From Octopus sinensis (taxonomy: Eukaryota): 64,000 nt of DNA. The DNA is taken from the NCBI RefSeq assembly GCF_006345805.1, contig NC_043018.1, positions 16,368,001 to 16,432,000 of the forward strand, given 5' to 3'. Below, in pieces: positions 1 through 12,292 of the stretch. A program made the position numbers and the translations under genes. The notes under the pieces are model-generated. The model had not been told where the DNA came from, did not search any database, and saw nothing but the letters and a program-made list of their open reading frames with translations. Each line of letters begins with the position of its first letter. Positions within the stretch are counted from its first letter, which is position 1.

Positions 1-46
1 TGATGAGGCGCACTACAGCGGAAGCTGGTGACGATGTTTCCCCATC

Positions 47-230
47 CCAACATTGCTTGACAACCGATGCTGGTGTGTTTACGTCCTCGTAACTTACCGG
101 TTCGGCAAAAGCTACCGATAGAATAAGTACTAGGCTTACAAAGAATAAGTCCTGGGGTCGATTTGCCCGACGAAAGGCGGGGCTCCAGCATGGCCACTGA
201 TAAATGACTGAAACAAGTAAAAGAATAAAA
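47..230 (+). mobile_element. SINE family C, 3' half
   Basis: Matches the 3' half of full copies at 5144-5560 and 6266-6666 (aagaataagtcc..ggtcgattt..ctccagcatggcc..actgaaacaagtaaaaga). Confidence 0.9.
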
Positions 231-414
231 TCCTTTTATCGAATCCTATTTTTCCTGTTCGTTCTACGAAACCAATGTGTGTGTGGGAGGGTGGGGTGTT
301 GTTTTGGGTGTTTAGGTGTGGGTGTGATTGTGTCTCTGTGTGTGTTTGTGTTTGTGTGTGTGGGTGGCTGGATGAGTGGGTGTGTAAGCATACATTTGTA
401 TATCACACGAGTGT

Positions 415-491
415 GTAAATAAACATGTTCTGTAGTGAATACATATAGATCTATCCATATATACATGTGTGTGTACTGTACGTATATATAT

Positions 492-551
<60 letters not shown>

Positions 552-581
552 CATATATATATGTATGTATATATATATATG

Positions 582-621
<40 letters not shown>

Positions 622-660
622 CATATATATACACACACAACACTCACACTCACACACATG
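415..660. repeat. (TA)n/(CA)n microsatellite complex
   Basis: Directly visible; it produces the YI-rich ORFs in the track. Confidence 0.95.
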
Positions 661-1480
661 TATCTACCTATCTATACTATTAATAGATAGAGACATACGC
701 CAACTTCACCATCACCACCACAACCATCATTCAAATACATTTTGCGCAAACGAAACAAAAGATCTCTATACCAACATAAATATACATTCTTTATGTAAAA
801 AACTTGCCCCAAGGGAAAAACCATGAATTCTGTTTACTGTTTGGAAAGAAGTAAAGAAATATTTTTCCCGAATATAGAAATGGAATGTGTATACGTACTT
901 ATTTAAAGTTTATTTAAAGACTTCTGCTGTAGTTTTAACTAGTTTTTTTTCTAATGAAAAATTTAATTTGTTTTTGTTTCAATTTCTTTAATTATTTGCT
1001 GATTTAAATGAATCTGATTTTAATGAATCTGAGGCTGTAAATATTCATGAATATTTAATGCTAAATGTTATTAAGTATCTATTGTTTTGAATTTGTCTGC
1101 AGTCAGTTCATGTGTAGTTGAGAAAAACCAGCACACGCATGCGCACAAGCGCAACATACTGCAGAAACATATAAACACATAGGCACGCGCACATATACAC
1201 ACAAATACACATACGAAAGAGATGCGTAGACGAACAAGAAACATTCATACACACAAATATCCACATATATGCACACAGGAGGAACACATATAAACACACA
1301 AAAACTTTCGAATCTGGGTATATGGCGCAGTGGTTAAGATACTTCTCTGAAGACCTCCCGTTGTTCAGCTATCCCGTGTGTTTACGTACATATTAGAATT
1401 TTTGTATTGTTTTTGGTTTTGTATCTTACTCTATATATGCAACCGAAGACAATGGAATAAGCAACTCTCTTTATAACATT

Positions 1481-1521
1481 AATTTACAATTGTTTCATCG
1501 GTGGTCGATCTCATGAGAATT
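1481..1521 (-). ncRNA. Degenerate minimal type I hammerhead motif (core G5 mutated to C)
   Basis: Minus strand: aatt CTCATGA g atcg-accac-cgat GAAA caattg TA aatt. Helix III is the palindrome ACAATTGT; helix I is 4 bp. Confidence 0.55.
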
Positions 1522-1624
1522 GCCATATTATGTCAGAAATATATGTAACTGTTGATTCAATATACGTCATTTATAATCCAAGGAAAACCTCCGAATGAAA
1601 TTATCAACATCATCATTAGTAGTA

Positions 1625-1713
1625 GTATTAGTATTAGTAGTAGTAGTAGGAGGAGGAGGTGGGGGCAGCAGCAGCTGTAGTAGTAGTAGCAGTAGTAGAA
1701 GCAGCAGCAACAG

Positions 1714-1757
<44 letters not shown>
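1625..1757. repeat. (TAG/CAG/TTA)n trinucleotide microsatellite
   Basis: Directly visible. Confidence 0.95.
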
Positions 1758-1759
<2 letters not shown>

Positions 1760-2295
1760 TGAGAGAGCAGTGCATGCCATCAAAGTGACACTGGGGTAAA
1801 ATATACGAATCCCAGTATACCCATCATGACTACCCGTCTGATAAGGGTACATCAGGCACCTGCATCACAACCATATGTGCGCGACATGGTGACCTAATAT
1901 CAAAATAAACAGCACATGACCTTGCAGGTGGGGCCCAGTTAGAATTTTCTTCTTGTCGAGTAACACATCCCGCTCAAAAGGTTAAGGGTTGTTTAAGGAT
2001 GTTGAACAAAACACCCATGTTTCCAGAGGTGAATTATTCAAACCTCTAAGAATTCCTTTCAACACATAGCTATGATGCTCCCCCACTACTTCTGCTCGTT
2101 ATCAGAAATGCACATATCGTCAGCCACTAAGGGACATGGTCAACTAGTTATGGTCAAACAACTGACAAGCAAATCTGTGGTATTGAGCAGAGTATTTGGT
2201 GTAGCCCATCTTTTATACCAAGACAAAACAACGTACATGATAACAGTTCCAATCAGTTAAGATCAGAAGCCATGAGAGCCACTGCCTGATACTAC
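1757..2295 (-). mobile_element. Probable retroposed interspersed repeat with a (TAA)n tail
   Basis: About 540 bp of higher-complexity sequence ends directly in a (TAA)n tract on the minus strand. Single copy in this window, so the family is inferred. Confidence 0.35.
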
Positions 2296-3087
2296 ATATT
2301 ATTATATTTATGTATGTACGTACGCAGGACTGTATAAATATATGTATGTCATCACCCATGTCTCTATATTAGCTGAATTCTTTTTTACTTTAACATACTT
2401 GATAATGAATGACTATGTGTTACAAGCTATTCCTTTCTCTTCCTTATAATAAACCTAATGAGTATATTTTGGTATCGACCATAGCTGAACAATCGTCTGC
2501 TTGTTATAGCAAAGTTCAAAATGGCCAGTAACTTTTCTCCAGACACTTGAAGTACTTAATTCAGTTTTTTTCTCAAATTTTCTTCATTGGTGAAGTTTTG
2601 CATACTAATGATGAAAATCACATTCATTTTTTTCTTGAAATTTATAATAAAAATATTTACAAGCATTTAAAACTCTAATTTTCTGGTGAAATTTTGAATT
2701 ACTGTAAGTGGTTAGAAGAAATTTAACAAGATTCAATGGCCTGTAAATGAATTGAATAGAAACACAGAACATTTTCCTTGTAACTACTCTTTATCATTAC
2801 CAGATTGCAAATTTAAGTTTACTATTATGGGAGAAATTCAGTCGTGAACGATTAAGATCGTCTGCTACGCTGCGCTGACGAAACATTTATAGAACTGATT
2901 TGCTTCCGGTTGGTCTGAAAATGGTAAATGAAGAGACAGAAAGAAAAAGTAGCAACGCATAAATCCATGCGTGTAGTTTGTGAAATACGACTCTCAGAAT
3001 ATTGGCGGGGTGAACCGTCATATATCAGTAAGTAAATTAACGTCCAAGTGCTGCCGCATATACTGTGTAGTTACTATATTTCGTATG

Positions 3088-3282
3088 TGGAGACGCAATG
3101 GCCCAGTGGTTAGGGCAGCGGATTTGCAGTCGTAGGATCGCGGTTTCGATTCCCAGACCGGGCGTTGGTCGGTCCGAGGCTACAGCAGAAAACACTTGCC
3201 CAAGGTACCATGCAGTAGTAATGAACCCGGAACCATGGGATTGAGAAGCAAGGTCCTTACCACACAGCCACGCCGGCGCTAA
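3088..3282. mobile_element. SINE A head (+) fused to an inverted SINE C 5' segment (-)
   Basis: 3088-3166 is the family A tRNA-like head; 3166-3282 is the reverse complement of the family C 5' region. Confidence 0.8.
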
Positions 3283-3984
3283 ACCTTAATTGTTTCCAGA
3301 ATATTTCAAATTATAAACGTAATTTACGAACACCCTGTATTCTAAGAGCTTATACGACCAACAAAATTAAACACACTCTAGCATCGGCTGAATAGCGACG
3401 AATACAGTGAACCGATAAACTAAGAATCTCTTTTTGCTTCGTGTTTCGTATTCTGTAAAAAACACATTTCTTATTTCAGGTGAAGAATTTTGTTTCTGGC
3501 TAATTTTTGTAATATAAATTATAATGTAGTTACGAAGTCTAAATACGGCAGCTGCAACTTTTATCTTAACGAATTAACAAGTTTTACATGAATCATTTGT
3601 AGTTAGCTGAGAAGAAAATAGGTGTTATATCTATGTTTTTCACAGACGAAAGTGTGTTTTGGTTTGTGTTTTAAGGTGGGGAAATGTTTATCTAATTCTT
3701 TATTGAAATATATAAAATACAAACATTTGTTTATGGATAAGGTCACGGTGTTATTGTGTTGTTTTATTTTATTTGTTCACTTAAGTAATTCGTTTATTCT
3801 TTAGAAGTATCTTGAAAATAATCCGATGTTCTGAGATTTTGAAATCAGGCTTTGCTACATTAAACTTTGAGTATCAGTTACCCACCACCTCCAAATATAA
3901 GCTACAAGTAAAAAAAAAACCGAAAAGAACCTAGGTAAATTTTACATGTTTTCTTTTTTATTTCATTGATCTGTCAAAGGCGAA

Positions 3985-4290
3985 GTAGAGGTGCATGGCC
4001 TAATGGTGATGATGTTGCACTTACGATCATGAGATCGTGTGTTCGATTCCAGGAGAGAGCGGAGCGTTTACTTGAGCATGACGAAGTGAAGGCGCATGAC
4101 TGTATTTAGGCTGTTGAGGTCGCGATTGTAAGCTCGTGATTTCGATTCCTGGACTGAGCGGTGCACTGTGTTCTTAAGCAAAGCCCTCCGCTTCACTTTG
4201 CCCGGTCCACTCAGAGGTAAATGGGTTCCAGTGATAGACAGGAAGTTAACCCTGCATCGAAGAAGCATCCCGCGCAGTGGGGTTTGTGTT
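3985..4290 (+). mobile_element. Degenerate tRNA-head SINE remnants (family D-like)
   Basis: Two decayed heads with gttcgattcc/tttcgattcc B-box, then tgtgttcttaagcaaag..gtccactcag resembling 46091-46368. Confidence 0.55.
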
Positions 4291-4344
4291 GTAACCTGAG
4301 TCACTTATAGGCCGTGGAGACAGGGTAAAGCTTCAACCATATGA

Positions 4345-4615
4345 TATCTAGGAGTCATGATGAATACAAATCTAAGTAGGGTCAATATCAGGCCTCCAGA
4401 GCCCTAAGAGTCATGACAAACCCAAGTCCAAGTAACGTGGAAAAAGAGTTAAGCTCCGGTTTTATGATTCCTGGGAGTCATGACAAACCTAAGTCTAAGT
4501 AATGTGGAAAAGGCGTTAAGCACCGGCCTTATGAGTTTGAGGAGTCAGGACAAATTCAGTTCTAAGTAACATGGATACAGGGTTAAGCTCTCGCCTTATG
4601 AGTCATAGGACTCGG
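4345..4615. repeat. Old 67-bp minisatellite, about 4 diverged copies
   Basis: gagtca(t/g)ga..ctaagta motif recurs at 4352, 4408, 4475 and 4542 (spacings 56, 67, 67). Confidence 0.75.
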
Positions 4616-4824
4616 GATGTTTCTAAATGTAAGCCTATTACAGGTGCAAGTGTGTCTGCGTAAGCAGCTCGCATTGCAACCACGTGTTTTCAGGTTCAAT
4701 CTCACTCTACAGCAACATGAACAGGTGTCTTCTACTTTTGTGTGTGTGTGAGTAACTTTTTGCTTGTTTGTTTGTGTGTGTGTGTGTGTGTATGTGTGTG
4801 TGTGTGTGTGAGTAAGTTTTTGCT

Positions 4825-4868
<44 letters not shown>

Positions 4869-4879
4869 TGTGTCTCCAC

Positions 4880-5045
4880 TGGTGTTGGTTTGATCACGTC
4901 CTAATAACTGCTACCCAGCAAAAGAGACCGATAGATTAAGTACGGGATTTAAAAAATAAGTCCTCGGTTTGATTTACTTGAGTGAACCCTTGATGGCAGT
5001 GCCCCAGTATGGCCGCAGTTCACTGACTGGAACAAGTAAAATACA
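4880..5045 (+). mobile_element. SINE family C, diverged 3' fragment
   Basis: aaagagaccgataga..aataagtcc..cagtatggccgcag..actggaacaagtaaaa. Confidence 0.7.
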
Positions 5046-5143
5046 ATAAAATACACTGAATCTAAGTACTGACGGTAAATATCGGCAAGCCCCTACCGGT
5101 CACGTATCTCCGCCTCAAACACTATTCAGATTACATCAAGAGT

Positions 5144-5560
5144 CGCAGGAGTGGCTGTGTGGTAAGTAGCTTGCTAACCAACCACATGGTTCCGGGTTCA
5201 GTCCCACTGCGTGGCGTCTTGGGCAAGTGTCTTCTGCTATAGCCCCGGGCCGACCAATGCCTTGTGAGTGGATTTGGTAGACGGAAACTGAAAGAAGCCT
5301 GTCGTATATATGTATATATATATATATGTGTATGTGTGTGTTTGTGTGTCTGTGTTTGTCCCCCTAGCATTGCTTGACAACCGATGCTGGTGTGTTTACG
5401 TGCCCGTCACTTAGCGGTTCGGCAAAAGAGACCAATAGAATAAGTACTGGGCTTACGAAGAATAAGTCTCGGGGTCGATTTGCTCGACTAAAGGCGGTGC
5501 ACCAGCATGGCCGCAGTCAAAATGACTGAAACAAGTAAAAGAGTAAAAGAGTAAAAGAGT
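5144..5560 (+). mobile_element. SINE family C, full length
   Basis: tRNA-like head (tggctgtgtggtaag; ggttcagtccc), internal (TA)/(TG) microsatellite and (AAAAGAGT)n tail; many copies in the window. Confidence 0.95.
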
Positions 5561-5945
5561 CTGGGAAGGGTGGGATTAATGTAAAGAGCTTAACTTAATT
5601 CCACAATTCGTAACAGATCTACAAATATTCATAGCTTCTCGGCGGCGCCAGAATATAATACCAGATTGATGTATCTAAAATATGATTAATGAAGAACTAA
5701 TGGCCGTTCGTGAATCGTTTATGTAACTGCGACGATTTCTGGTGTTGTAACGCCTTGACGTATTGCGTGCAACCAATGGAGCCCAGGCGGAGGTGTTGCG
5801 ATGTCTCTAATAAAACTTTTGCTTGTTTGCTTGCCTTTTATTTTTGTGCTTCCCCTTGTTTCAGTCATTAAATTTTACTGAAAATATATATATATATAAG
5901 TTTACGAAGTCTAGACAAATATCTTCAGCTAGCAGGCCTTGCTAC

Positions 5946-5991
5946 TCTAGACTGATGATGGGCAAGACCCTGAAACATGCATGTATCTAGA
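5946..5991 (+). ncRNA. Type I hammerhead ribozyme motif with intact core
   Basis: tctaga CTGATGA tggg-caaga-ccct GAAA catgcatg TA tctaga. Helix I is 6 bp (extendable to 5926-6005 with bulges); helix III is the palindrome ACATGCATGT; predicted GUA cleavage after 5985. Confidence 0.8.
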
Positions 5992-6152
5992 TGCAGGCCT
6001 AGCTGTTGGGGGTGTTTGTCTCCCCTTCGTAAATATATAAGGACACAGGAAATGTGTCAAGCCCTACGGGAAGCGTCGATGCTTCCTAGGGCTAAATGGC
6101 GGTGTGTAATTCCCTTACGGGACTGTCACGTTAAGTTGACGACAGTATACAA

Positions 6153-6205
<53 letters not shown>

Positions 6206-6265
6206 CGAGCGATAGATAGTTAGATGTCTATATATGTATGTTTGTATGTGTGTATGTGTGTATAT

Positions 6266-6666
6266 ACTCTTTTTTACTCTTTTTACTTGTTTCAGTCATT
6301 TGACTGCGGCCATGCTGGAGCACGGCCTTTAGTCGAGCAAATCGACCCCGGGACTTATTCTTTGTAAGCCCAGTACTTATTCTATCGGTCGCTTTTGCCG
6401 AACCGCCAAGTAACGGGGACGTAAACACACCAGCATCGGCTGTCAAGCAATGCTAGGGGGACAAACACAGACACACACACATACATATATATATATACAT
6501 ATTTACGACAGGCTTCTTTCAGTTTCCGTCTACCAAATCCACTCACAAGGCATTGGTCGGCCCGGGGCTATAGCAGAAGACAGTTGCCCAAGATGCCACG
6601 CAGTGGGACTAACCCGGAACCATGTGGTTGGTTAGCAAGCTACTTACCACACAGCCACTCCTGCGC
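6266..6666 (-). mobile_element. SINE family C, full length
   Basis: Reverse complement of 5144-5560. Confidence 0.95.
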
Positions 6667-7199
6667 ATATATATAGATGTATATGAATATGTTAATTTTA
6701 TTTATGGAAACGTAACTTTCGATATAACTTCGTGTTGTTGTATAACGCAAGGAAGAAAATAATTACTTTTTTTTTTTACGTCGCCTCTGAATTATTAACT
6801 ACAACAACAGCCGCCAGAGCCGCCGCACTGTTTACGTTTCGTTCAGATATATTATATGTTTAATTGATGCTGCCATAATGTCAAACTACGTCACCTAGAA
6901 TTAGCCTAGAACGTTTAGCGATATATACAGCCATGACAAGAAATGAATTTATGACTTTATTCTTTACAAAACGATTTCATCTTAATCAAATTGATGGTTT
7001 TCCATGATGCTTTACGTAAGTTTTGGAATATTTTAGAGTTAATTGTTGCCATTCAAATAGAAAATAGGAAAAATTACAAGAAGAGACAGTTCAGCGTCTG
7101 TAATATGAAAGTTTTGCTAAACGTAATGCAAATGAGGGCGTAATTTGCTTTAGTGGCGGATATGGGTTTTTGAAATTGCGTAGATTGCTTCAGGGACAT

Positions 7200-7490
7200 T
7201 GCTTCTGTCTTTTGTGTTGTACTTGTTTCAGACATGATTCTGCGGCCGTGCTGGGGCAACGCCTTGAAGAGGTTTCCGGTGTCTATTATGTCTCTAAGCT
7301 TGATACTTATTAAGTGGGCTGCTTTTGCCGAACCGCTCAGTTGCAAGAGTTGTGATACCCCAGCACCGGTTGTCAATGGGTGGTGATGGACAAACATACT
7401 CGAAGACACGCACATACATGCACACGCACACACGCACATACACACAAACAAATACACACACACCACACACACACACACACACATGCACAC

Positions 7491-7500
<10 letters not shown>
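7200..7500 (-). mobile_element. SINE family C, diverged 3' part
   Basis: cttgtttcagacatgattctgcggccgtgctgg..gcttttgccgaaccgc.. Confidence 0.7.
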
Positions 7501-7533
<33 letters not shown>

Positions 7534-7937
7534 TAAATTTAAGGATTAACAAGTTAGTGAAGTCTTAATGCAAAAAATATAAAACACATTTAATTAAAAA
7601 AAATGTTCTTATGTTTACATATAAAATGGCCCCACTTACACAATAGAAATGGTATCGCGAATTAAAGGGGTTTACGAGTCCAACAGCTATTTGTGAGGGG
7701 TTTGGTGGTCCAAAATGATGATTGTAAAGTGATTCTATCATCGGATAATATCCGCCTCATCCTTCAGATAAGAAGTTTTACATTTGAGATATTGACAAAA
7801 AAAGAGATTAAAGATAGAATGATTTCGTAGAGAACTAAGAGTATTATAAGGAGAATTAGGAGCTATTTAGACAGAGAGTAGTGGAAGTAGCGCCTATGGT
7901 AATTGTTCTTCCTATTCTTCCGCGTAGTTGACAAAGA

Positions 7938-8320
7938 ATGGGTTCCACGAAGACGCAAAATGCAGTCATTGAATTCTTGTCTTTAATGAATTCTTTAAGG
8001 TGGAGTGGAAACAGGCCTACACTCACTGAAGGCTGAAGGTTGTTTACGGAGCTAGCACCATCGATAAGAGCAGTGTGCACAAATGGATGAAGACGTATAA
8101 AAAGAGGGAAAACAATCTTGAAGATAAACCACACAATAGGTGACCATCAACTTCGACCGCTGATACGAATTGCCAGAGAGAAGATCAAATGTTTTACGCG
8201 AACAGACGAGTCACACAACGCGTGTTTGCTGGACATTTAGACAGTAGTCGAAGCGCATCACAGAAGATGGCGGAAAACTTAGGGTGTGGTGAAATGCGGG
8301 AAAAATGGGTTGACACCTGA
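7938..8320 (+). pseudogene. Mariner-family transposase N-terminal (HTH) remnant
   Basis: Manual translation: NAVIEFL (frameshift) RLKVVYGASTIDKSSVHKWMKTYKKRENNLEDKPHNR*PST..NRRVT..LG..KWV, matching the mariner motifs VYG..W..F..G..LED.PRSGRP..RRVT..WVP. Contains stops and frameshifts. Confidence 0.8.
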
Positions 8321-8730
8321 TTAAAAGGAAAGAAGAAGAGTGGTCTGCTGTGGCCCACTCGAAGCGTTTGCAGCGAATGAAGCTAGGTTTTTTTTCCTTC
8401 TCTATCTGGTAAAACAGGTTAAAATGTGTGCGTGTCCTTATGATCTGGAAATATGGAATGTTTTGGCATCTCTTCTCTACAGCCTAAAATGTTCAAGAGT
8501 CAGCGTACGGTACCGAAAGTCATGTGACTACTGACTTGGTCTACATGGACGTCGTTTTCTTTGATTTTCTGAAACATAGCTTTATAGTGAACAGCCAGCG
8601 GCACCGAGACGGACAAGATGCTTAAGAGAAGCCATTGAGAGGAAGAGAGCGAAAAAGATGAATGCAGAGAGGGGGAGGAGAGGGAACGAGAGATGAAAGA
8701 AGAGATAACGGAGTGAGGTGAATGAACGAA

Positions 8731-10050
8731 AGGAAGGAGAGACGGAAGGTGGAAGGGAGGAGGTGGGGTGGATGGACAGAAGGAAGGAGAGACGGAAGGA
8801 GAGACGGAAGGTGGAAGGGAGGAGGGGGGGTGGATGGACAGAGGAAGGAGAGACGGAAGGTGGAAGGGAGGAGGTGGGGTGGATGGACAGAAGGAAGGAG
8901 AGACGGAAGGTGGAAGGGAGGAGGTGGGGTGGATGGACAGAAGGAAGGAGAGACGGAAGGTGGAAGGGAGGAGGTGGGGTGGATGGACAGGAGGAAGGAG
9001 AGACGGAAGGTGGAAGGGAAGGAGGTGGGGTGGATGGACAGGAGGAAGGAGAGACGGAAGGTGGAAGGGAGGAGGTGGGGTGGATGGACAGAAGGAAGGA
9101 GAGACGGAAGGTGGAAGGGAGGAGGTGGGGTGGATGGACAGAAGGAAGGAGAGACGGGAGGTGGAAGGGAGGAGGTGGGGTGGAGGGACAGAAGGAAGGA
9201 GGGACGGAAGGTGGAAGGAGGAGGTGGGGTGGATGGACAGAAGGAAGGAGAGACGGAAGGTGGAAAGGAGGAGGTGGGGTGGATGGACAGAAGGAGGAGA
9301 GAGACGGAAGGTGGAAGGGAGGAGGTGGGGTGGATGGACAGAAGGAAGGAGGACGGAAGGTGGAGGGAGGAGGTGGGGTGGATGGACAGAAGGAAGGAGA
9401 GACGGAAGGTGGAAAGGAGGAGGTGGGGTGGATGGACAGAAGGAAGGAGAGACGGAAGGTGGAAGGGAGGAGGTGGGGTGGATGGACAGAAGGAAGGAGA
9501 GACGGAAGGTGGAAGGGAGGAGGGGGGGTGGATGGACAGAAGGAAGGAGAGACGGAAGGTGGAAAGGAGGAGGTGGGGTGGATGGACAGAAGGAAGGAGA
9601 GACGGAAGGTGGAAAGGAGGAGGTGGGGTGGATGGACAGAAGGAAGGAGAGACGGAAGGTGGAAGGGAGGAGGTGGGGTGGATGGACAGAAGGAAGGAGA
9701 GACGGAAGGTGGAAGGGAGGAGGTGGGGTGGATGGACAGAAGGAAGGAGAGACGGAAGGTGGAAGGTGGAGGGAGGAGGTGGGGTGGATGGACAGAAGGA
9801 AGGAGAGACGGGAGGTGGAAGGGAGGAGGTGGGGTGGATGGACAGAAGGAAGGAGAGACGGAAGGTGGAAGGGAGGAGGTGGGGTGGATGGACAGAAGGA
9901 AGGAAAGACGGAAGGTGGAAGGAGGAGGTGGGGTGGATGGACAGAAGGAAGGAGAGACGGAAGGTGGAAGGGAGGAGGTGGGGTGGATGGACAGAAGGAA
10001 GGAGAGACGGAAGGTGGAAGGGAAGGGGTGGGGTGGAAGGAAGAACGGAG
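8731..10050. repeat. Purine-rich 50-bp minisatellite, about 26 copies
   Basis: Unit aggaaggagagacggaaggtggaagggaggaggtggggtggatggacaga; the period of 50 is visible at 9421/9471. Confidence 0.97.
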
Positions 10051-10279
10051 GGATTAAATGAAAGAAAACAAAAGAAACAAAAAGGATTTTTTTTTTTTAA
10101 ATAAAAGAATTTAATTGAATGAAAACAAGGATGAAATTATATTTTCAACCTGGAAACAACAGCCGAAATGGAACAAAAACACATGGACTGTCAAGAAGAG
10201 AAAACAACAATGAAATAAAATAATAAAACGAAATGTTATGAAATTAACGAAATTGAAGAATCTAATGCAATTGCTGTTG

Positions 10280-10860
10280 AGACAAATGTCTTTCATGCCT
10301 GCGGCGTCACAGAAACTCGTTGAGATACGAATCCATTGTAGAACGGTTAATGCTACAGGGCTGTTTGGCGAATTTTATAAACTCAACGATGTACTTCACT
10401 GTTCTATGGAGAAATTTGTACCCTGGTATCTCAAGAATATGTGAGTGTGTGCGCTACAGGTCACTGTAAATAGCCGTTCTCGGTAGAATTGATTGACGAA
10501 TGCAACTTGCGAGTGTATCACGATCTCGAGAGGGCACAGCGAAAAGAACAAAAAAAAATCTTCTAGTGTTTCGCGACACACTCCACCAAAAACGCACTAT
10601 CCGGGTAGCATAGAAACCCCGGTTGTTGTAGTTTCTCCTCGAAGTTACAGCTTCATCTATTTGAACAATTCTCTCTGAACTGTCATCAGTCTCCATTGGA
10701 TTGCGGAGCAAATCTCTCGTGCAGATTTCCAGCAAATGGTTTTTATAGTCTACTGCGATAGTGATACCAATCCGTAATTCCTCATTATAAAATCAAGTAG
10801 CTGTTAATTATTTCACCCATAGCAATATGAGTAAGCAACGATACTCTGAAGTTGCCAAGA
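10280..10860 (-). pseudogene. Merlin/ISXO2 (IS1016-like) transposase remnant
   Basis: Track ORF 10454-10735 has IVQIDE..RRNY..RG..SRDRDTL..I...ILPRTAIYSD. Downstream reads GYKFLHRTV and MDSYLNEFL*RRRH; upstream reads IAVDYKNHLLEIC. The motif order fits Merlin-type DDE transposases. Confidence 0.75.
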
Positions 10861-11559
10861 CAACAAACAGTTTCCAGTTCCGCTGTAATGGCACGGGCTT
10901 GAAATTCATTGGTGAAAAATATGTAAAATTATATGCTTCTAACTTCTTAATTATAAATCTTCCAAAATAAGGAATGCAATATTAGTCATCAGCATGCAAA
11001 ACCATATCAGAAGAACAGTTTTTGAAAATTTTCAGCTGAAAATTTGTGGCTGGAAGTATACGAAAAAAGATCCTAAAATAAAACTGAATTTGGCTTTTAC
11101 CAAAGCTGGCACACAAAGTGTGTCAGTGGGTTGGGAATAAAATAAATAAATTTACAAATGACTTCATTACATATCAAGCTGTCTCCGGTTTTAATATGTT
11201 ATTTTAAATATCCTATTACTTTTCCGGCTGTTTGGCTTCAAGTGACCTTTATGAACTCCACTGTCCATCATTAAGTACTTCACTGCTGCCTCAGTTTCTT
11301 TCGCATAATTTTAAAAATCTATTTTTGCTTTAGCGTTAAATTTTCATATCTCACATTATACCTTTCCATCTTCTCACACCTAGATACACACTAATACATC
11401 TACATACCCCTATTCTCCCAACGTTAAACGTTGGCTAGTCTTTCCTTACCCAATCAAGGGATGTGTTTATTGCAAAAGATTTTCACTGAAAGTACTGCTA
11501 AAATGCACTATCCTCTTTAAGCTGAACTTTCTAGTATAAACCAAGATTTTGCTTTAGAT

Positions 11560-11902
11560 TAATGTTTCTTAACGGGTCTTAGGATCCATATAAGGTTTTT
11601 GGGGCCCACACAACAAAATAGAAAATCGGGGATCGACAATAGTATTTTAAGGGCCCCTGAAAAAATTTGGCTTTAGATGTATGTATTGGAATGTATTGCA
11701 AGAAACAGCTAGGCTTGTTTATTCTCAAACATTTTACATAGTTCAACCTACACAAGTTAATGTGTGAAAAAACAAAGAAGGAATATTAAAAGAACTACAA
11801 AATTAGTTTTTGAACATTGAATCGCTATGGGAATCCACCAGAAGGAAATAGTAATCAAAGAAATTCATAAAAAAAAAGAGAAAGAACGGTTGAGACCACC
11901 TA
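11560..11902. mobile_element. hAT (Charlie-like) MITE with 8-bp TSD
   Basis: Flanked by ctttagat at 11552-11559 and 11903-11910. Decayed TIRs resemble CAGTGGTTCTCAAC (taatgtttcttaacgg; right end reverse complement aggtggtctcaaccg). Confidence 0.8.
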
Positions 11903-12292
11903 CTTTAGATCCTTGGCGTCACATGATTATAATCTGAGTTTTCCTACTTTTGCGATCCTTTCAATTCACATGTAGACGACGGCTCTGACTTGTTATCGAG
12001 ATCCATCAGCGAATCTTTCGCGTTTTCAATTTCTTCAGTTTCTGCTCGAATTGAATGCATAATCAGCATAATGATGTAGTTTTATATGCTAATCAATGGC
12101 ATGTAATTAATTTTCGCCATGAATCAATAAATAAAGAGTTATCAGCTTTTAAAGTTTGCAAATTTTGGTTAGTTTACGGCAATCGTAAGCCACAGACACA
12201 TTTATGCCTGTTTACATAGTAACAAGACAAATATGCTTGTGCCCATTTGTTGAGTGTACTCCGGCCGAGAGATGTGCTAAAAATAACAGCCA

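Noticed and set aside
1-45. Hammerhead-like start (TGATGAggcgc..gcgGAAGctggTG)
   Set aside because: Truncated by the window edge; has GAAG in place of GAAA and G at the cleavage position.
3300-3340. Tc1/mariner-like TIR (TA-CAGGGTGTTC on the minus strand)
   Set aside because: No partner TIR identified nearby.
8718-10104. Three 430-460 aa ORFs
   Set aside because: Frame permutations of a 50-bp minisatellite.
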